Part shown: piece after piece, positions 60,318 to 64,000 of the stretch
Layout: every line of letters begins with the position of its first letter
Position numbering within the stretch: the stretch's first letter is position 1
IMG/VR virus record: IMGVR_UViG_3300020450_000017
Span: 1 to 64,000 of that record
DNA length: 64,000 nt
Reading direction: 5' to 3' (one strand)
From: a virus
Position numbers and translations under genes: made by a program
Notes under the pieces: generated by a model
Told to the model about the DNA's origin: nothing
What the model saw: the letters and a program-made list of their open reading frames with translations, nothing else
The model's database searches: none

Positions 60318-60502
60318 TGAAAATAGGAGACAAAATAGAATTTTATTGCTTTAGTGCTTTAGAAAAGGGCACTATAGTAGAAATTAATAAGGATAAAACA
60401 CTACAAATAGCGTGTGGTGGAGTTATTTATCCTGGTGTTCAAACATTTAAAAAATTACCTAAACGAAAAAAAGAAATTCCACCATGGTATATATTAAAGT
60501 AA
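60317..60502 (+). CDS. Small SH3/KOW-like protein
   Basis: MKIGDKIEF...GTIVEI; TAATG start preferred over 60290. Confidence 0.5.
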   Translation: MKIGDKIEFYCFSALEKGTIVEINKDKTLQIACGGVIYPGVQTFKKLPKRKKEIPPWYILK

Positions 60503-60876
60503 TATTATTTGTAATATACCCTATAATTTGCTATTTTTTATTAGCAAAATGGTTATATAAACAAGAATTTAAAAAATTAAAAACTGTTAAAGAACAATAT
60601 AATGAGTTAGAAACCAAATACAATCAGAAATTATCTGATGAGTATTTAGAGTTTAAACAAAAATTAACGAATGAGTTTGGTGATTTTCAAAAAGAACTTA
60701 GGGTTCAACTAAGTGATTTAAATAAGGATCTTAATTCTAAAAATAAAGAATATTTAGATAATCTTAGGAAAGAAATGTCTGGAGAAATTAACCGATATTT
60801 ATTAGAAATGAATAATAGGATTTCTAAAGAGATTAAGGAATTGCCTAGTAAAATTAATATTAAAAGGGTAATATAA
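60484..60876 (+). CDS. Single-TM coiled-coil protein
   Basis: N-terminal TM then heptad-rich helix. Confidence 0.6.
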   Translation: MVYIKVILFVIYPIICYFLLAKWLYKQEFKKLKTVKEQYNELETKYNQKLSDEYLEFKQKLTNEFGDFQKELRVQLSDLNKDLNSKNKEYLDNLRKEMSGEINRYLLEMNNRISKEIKELPSKINIKRVI

Positions 60877-61229
60877 TGCAGCCAAGACTATGGAATAGGC
60901 ATATGACTTTTGAGGAGTGGAAATTACAACATCACCACCTTAATGATAGAGAAGCTCTACAGCTATATATGGCTGAACAACGTTTATTTGAAAACTATAA
61001 AAGAGACTTAATTAATCAACAGTTACTAGTACAAAATAATATTATAGCTGAAAATATTTATAATTTAGCGGATAATATATCAAATATATTTAATGTATCG
61101 ATTGATGTCCCGGCGGCTGGATTTAAATATGTGCTTCCACGAGATTCTAAAACAACTCCTAACCTAGAGTTAATAACTGATGATGGAGAATTATTAATTA
61201 CGGATGAAGGTAATTTCTTAATAACCTAA
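60876..61229 (+). CDS. Hypothetical protein with C-terminal LIT(D/E)xG repeats
   Basis: LITDDGELLITDEGNFLIT. Confidence 0.55.
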   Translation: MQPRLWNRHMTFEEWKLQHHHLNDREALQLYMAEQRLFENYKRDLINQQLLVQNNIIAENIYNLADNISNIFNVSIDVPAAGFKYVLPRDSKTTPNLELITDDGELLITDEGNFLIT

Positions 61230-61266
61230 TTATATTTATAACAGAATCTATTCATTCCCTCTATAA

Positions 61267-62001
61267 ATGAGCACAGTAAAAATATCAGAATATACAGGCA
61301 ACATAAGTGGTAGCAATATAAATATTGGTGCCACTGGTTCTTTTGGTAGGATAATATGTACAACAATTTCATCATCTACTGGTGAATTTGATGCTAATAC
61401 TATTTTTATAGGAGGTACAGCATTTAGTAAATCTAACTTAGATGACCTTAAGGATGGAAAACCACTAGGAACAGGAATTAAACAGTTTAAAAGCCCTACT
61501 GATGATAGTGTTTATATTAGACAAAGTGTAGCAGGTAAATCTTGGCACTATGCTTCAGATGTTGCACTTATGAAAGTACAAACCTCTTCATTTGAATTAG
61601 GAGCGGGTAATGTTCCAACAACTTTAGAGGGAAGTGCTATTGCAATTACTGGTTCTACTGAAGTTACAGGTTCACTTAGAGTAGTAAGTAATAATCAGCA
61701 AATTGAATTCGATGCTGGTAGTGGAGGATTTAATGTAAATAATTTATTAGATCTTTTAGCTAATTTTAGTTCATCTGGAGTAGAAGGGGGAGTTGAAGAA
61801 GGAGATATTAATTTAGATGGCCAAGTCAATGTAAATGATTTATTATTAGGATTATCGGGTTATGGTAACCCTAACACTATAGCTAATAATATTTTAATTC
61901 CACATAATATAAATCATCAATACATAGGACCTACGATAACAATACTTTCTCCTGTTTCAATGTCTATTTCAACAGGATCTTTCGTTTCTATAACACTTTA
62001 A
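61267..62001 (+). CDS. Probable virion fibre/decoration protein with dockerin/EF-hand-like loop
   Basis: TATTTATA at 61233; G/S/T-rich; GDINLDGQVNVNDLL. Confidence 0.55.
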   Translation: MSTVKISEYTGNISGSNINIGATGSFGRIICTTISSSTGEFDANTIFIGGTAFSKSNLDDLKDGKPLGTGIKQFKSPTDDSVYIRQSVAGKSWHYASDVALMKVQTSSFELGAGNVPTTLEGSAIAITGSTEVTGSLRVVSNNQQIEFDAGSGGFNVNNLLDLLANFSSSGVEGGVEEGDINLDGQVNVNDLLLGLSGYGNPNTIANNILIPHNINHQYIGPTITILSPVSMSISTGSFVSITL

Positions 62002-62024
62002 TATATTTATAATAAAATACACAA

Positions 62025-62282
62025 ATGAGTACCCTTAAAGTTAATTCAATCCAGCCTTTTACCCCAACAGAAGCAGTGTTAATTGATTCAGCTAGTATAG
62101 TTTCAGGATCATTGGGTAAATTATCAGTGAAACATGTCGGCTTTGGTGCAACTACGCAAATTAGTTTTGAATCGTTACCTTCAAGTGACCCAGGAGTAGC
62201 AGGCAGATTATTTACTACCCAAAGTGCAGGGACTGGGGGTAATTTAGATGGTAAATTAGTATTATTAGTATCAGCTGGCTAA
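62025..62282 (+). CDS. Small virion protein
   Basis: TATTTATA at 62004; MSTLKVNSI start and LPSSDP.VAG.L...L.VSAG end, typical of fibre-like proteins. Confidence 0.55.
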   Translation: MSTLKVNSIQPFTPTEAVLIDSASIVSGSLGKLSVKHVGFGATTQISFESLPSSDPGVAGRLFTTQSAGTGGNLDGKLVLLVSAG

Positions 62283-62301
62283 TAGAATATAATATACATT
62301 A

Positions 62302-62335
62302 TTTGGAGGGGCTTTAGCCCCTTCATATATTTATA
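62302..62335 (+). promoter_or_regulatory. hsp20 promoter overlapping a hairpin
   Basis: TTTG-N20-TATATTTA(TA); spacer folds as GGAGGGGC-TTTA-GCCCCTTC. Confidence 0.6.
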
Positions 62336-62338
62336 TAC

Positions 62339-62865
62339 GACTGATTGATCGCAAGACAATCAAAAACAATTAACCCGGCACCTTAGGGGCCACAAAACTT
62401 AAATAACATGGTACATAAAATTGACCTATTTGACCCGCGATTTGTATCGCCACTAGACGTTCTTGTAAAGAACTTTTTTGACCAAGATGCGGTTTTTAAT
62501 AAACCAGATAACCGCTCAGTAAAACACCCAGTAGACGTATTTGAAGATGAAAACGGGCTAACTTTTGAAGTAGCTTGTACTGGGCTAGATAAATCCGATG
62601 TAGACATTACTATTGAAGGAGATATCTTAAAAATTTCCTATGATAAAGGTGAGGAGAAAAAATCCGATAGTTCAAGACGCTTTTATCACTCCGGAATTAA
62701 AAAATCAAGCTTTAATTTCGGTTGGAAAGTAGCTCGTCGCTTTGAATTAGCTAAAGCAAATGCCGAGATGAATAACGGATTGCTAATTATTGCTGTCCCA
62801 TATGCTAATGAATCAAAACCAAAATCACTTAAAATAAAATAAACTGACAAAACGATCAGTCAGTC
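62339..62865 (+). repeat. 13-nt inverted repeat bracketing hsp20
   Basis: GACTGATTGATCG (62339-62351) vs CGATCAGTCAGTC (62853-62865); the single mismatch is G-U compatible. Confidence 0.7.
62408..62842 (+). CDS. hsp20: Small heat shock protein (Hsp20/alpha-crystallin)
   Basis: PVDV.E, A..GL.K.DV.I..EG..L.I, A.M.NGLL.I.VP, K.LKI. Confidence 0.92.
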   Translation: MVHKIDLFDPRFVSPLDVLVKNFFDQDAVFNKPDNRSVKHPVDVFEDENGLTFEVACTGLDKSDVDITIEGDILKISYDKGEEKKSDSSRRFYHSGIKKSSFNFGWKVARRFELAKANAEMNNGLLIIAVPYANESKPKSLKIK

Positions 62866-62866
62866 A

Positions 62867-62888
62867 TGAGGGGGCTTCGGCCCCCTCA
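62867..62888 (+). terminator. Stable hairpin after hsp20
   Basis: TGAGGGGGC-TTCG-GCCCCCTCA; weak U-tract. Confidence 0.7.
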
Positions 62889-62905
62889 ATATTTATATAC
62901 AACTA

Positions 62906-63010
62906 ATGGAACATCAAGAACCAGAAGAAAACGAAATCGCTGGACCAGTAGTATTTGCTTTAATGCTACTTAGTTTAGCTGTAACAATAATATATTTTTT
63001 ATCAACATGA
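62906..63010 (+). CDS. Small single-TM peptide (34 aa, not in ORF track)
   Basis: After TATTTATA at 62890; ATGA coupling to next gene. Confidence 0.4.
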   Translation: MEHQEPEENEIAGPVVFALMLLSLAVTIIYFLST

Positions 63011-63225
63011 GTAAATTTAACGTACACGAATGGAACCACAAGCGTCGGTTAGCTGAAATAGAAGATAATACCGAAGAAATGAGATCAGAGGCAGTTACTA
63101 ATTTAATAGATGCTATTGAAATAGCTAAAAATTATAATCTTTTTAACACAGCTCAAGAATTAGCTTTAGGCCAAATAACAACCTCATTAATTAAAAATAT
63201 GGCTCGTGAACGAGGAGATATGTGA
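63007..63225 (+). CDS. Hypothetical protein
   Basis: 72-aa coupled ORF. Confidence 0.55.
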   Translation: MSKFNVHEWNHKRRLAEIEDNTEEMRSEAVTNLIDAIEIAKNYNLFNTAQELALGQITTSLIKNMARERGDM

Positions 63226-63398
63226 TGGAAGATAAAGTAAGAAACCTAATCAGAGAAGCTATATTTGATGTTATGACAGAAGGTCTTTGCGCTAAGGGTA
63301 AGGCATATATAGCAAAACGTAAAAGAGCAGGTGAAAAATCATCTGCATATCTATCTGGTAGAGCAGTTAAAGTATGTAAGGGCCAGATGAAGGGGTGA
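63225..63398 (+). CDS. Small basic Cys-containing protein (57 aa, not in ORF track)
   Basis: TGATG coupling; MEDKVRNLIREAI...TE-GLCAKGK...SAY.SG.AVKVCKG. Confidence 0.6.
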   Translation: MEDKVRNLIREAIFDVMTEGLCAKGKAYIAKRKRAGEKSSAYLSGRAVKVCKGQMKG

Positions 63399-63631
63399 TG
63401 GACGATAAGTTAAGGAAATATATTAGGGAGTATGTTATGGCTCTTTATAAATCTAAAATGGAAGATGGTAGTGAAGATTATCAGTATAAATATACTAGTG
63501 ATGTAGAACACCCTATCCAACCTGGTTACCCAGGTGACTTAAAGGGATTTCCATTTGATAGTTCTCAAAATAAACTACCTCCTGCTTATAATCGAAGACA
63601 TCATAGTTATAGTGTAAAAAAATATTACTAA
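63395..63631 (+). CDS. Hypothetical protein
   Basis: Coupled ORF, leader MDDKLRKYIREYV; start probably 63398. Confidence 0.55.
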   Translation: MMDDKLRKYIREYVMALYKSKMEDGSEDYQYKYTSDVEHPIQPGYPGDLKGFPFDSSQNKLPPAYNRRHHSYSVKKYY

Positions 63632-63634
63632 TTT

Positions 63635-63662
63635 AAGAGAGCCTTTTGGTTCTCTTTTTTTT
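63635..63662 (+). terminator. Intrinsic terminator
   Basis: AAGAGAGCC-TTTT-GGTTCTCTT followed by T run. Confidence 0.8.
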
Positions 63663-63675
63663 GTTCGTATATTCA
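63645..63675 (+). promoter_or_regulatory. Bacteroidota-type promoter overlapping terminator
   Basis: TTTG-N19-TATATTCA. Confidence 0.6.
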
Positions 63676-63679
63676 CAGT

Positions 63680-64000
63680 ATGGATTATAAACAAGTTTTA
63701 AGAGGATACTACGATACAGATAAAAAAGTTAAAGCAATAGATTTACTTACAGATCAGCCTTATTATATTGAGGATAGGCCTGATATGAAGCAACGCGTTG
63801 AGCGAGCTATTAATTTTAAACAACTATTAGCTATATATCAACGTGGAACCCGCAATGGGTTTAAATACATTGAACAAGATAATTTTTATATTGAAGTTCA
63901 AGAATCAAAATCTGTTAAACCAGTTACAATGATAGATAAACCAGATGATTTTATTATTAGCGATCTTAAGTGGAAATATTTAACTCGCTGTATCAATAAG
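63680..64000 (+). CDS. Partial CDS, 3' truncated (possibly N-terminus of a MoxR-like AAA ATPase)
   Basis: Open from ATG to window end; KP......LKWKYL.R resembles the segment preceding a Walker A, but no Walker A is visible. Confidence 0.5.
   Translation, partial: MDYKQVLRGYYDTDKKVKAIDLLTDQPYYIEDRPDMKQRVERAINFKQLLAIYQRGTRNGFKYIEQDNFYIEVQESKSVKPVTMIDKPDDFIISDLKWKYLTRCINK

Noticed and set aside
62341-62407. CIRCE element upstream of hsp20 (or groES)
   Set aside because: No TTAGCACTC-N9-GAGTGCTAA match seen

Overview
This 64 kb window is a gene-dense, AT-rich segment of a large (probably jumbo) contractile-tailed phage. It is translated in the standard code and all credible genes are on the + strand. 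The host is probably a Bacteroidota (Flavobacteriia-like) bacterium, based on TTTG-N19-20-TAnnTT(T/C/A)A promoters, A-rich leaders lacking Shine-Dalgarno sites and a DUF4494-like gene. Gene order: (1) 1-13.7 kb tail module with two tandem sheath paralogues, tube, a chaperone pair with a candidate +1 frameshift, tape measure, and baseplate/hub-lysin; (2) 13.7-24 kb divergent PolA-like gene, cysK, SSB, RecA, 5'-3' exonuclease, helicase, nrdB-nrdA; (3) 24.6-30 kb 7-deazaguanine DNA-modification cluster (queD, dpdA-like, queC, queE, folE) with an embedded nuclease, purine phosphoribosyltransferase and MazG-like gene; (4) 30.3-39.7 kb thioredoxin, split PolB, clamp, GroES/EL, clamp loader, Cas4-like nuclease; (5) 39.8-56.8 kb glycosylation island of about 17 kb headed by an RHH regulator and palindrome, including a GT29-like transferase, cytidylyltransferase and pyruvate aldolase; (6) 56.8-64 kb small virion, lysis and membrane genes plus hsp20 bracketed by complementary 13-mers. 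All protein calls come from motif recognition by eye, not database searches.
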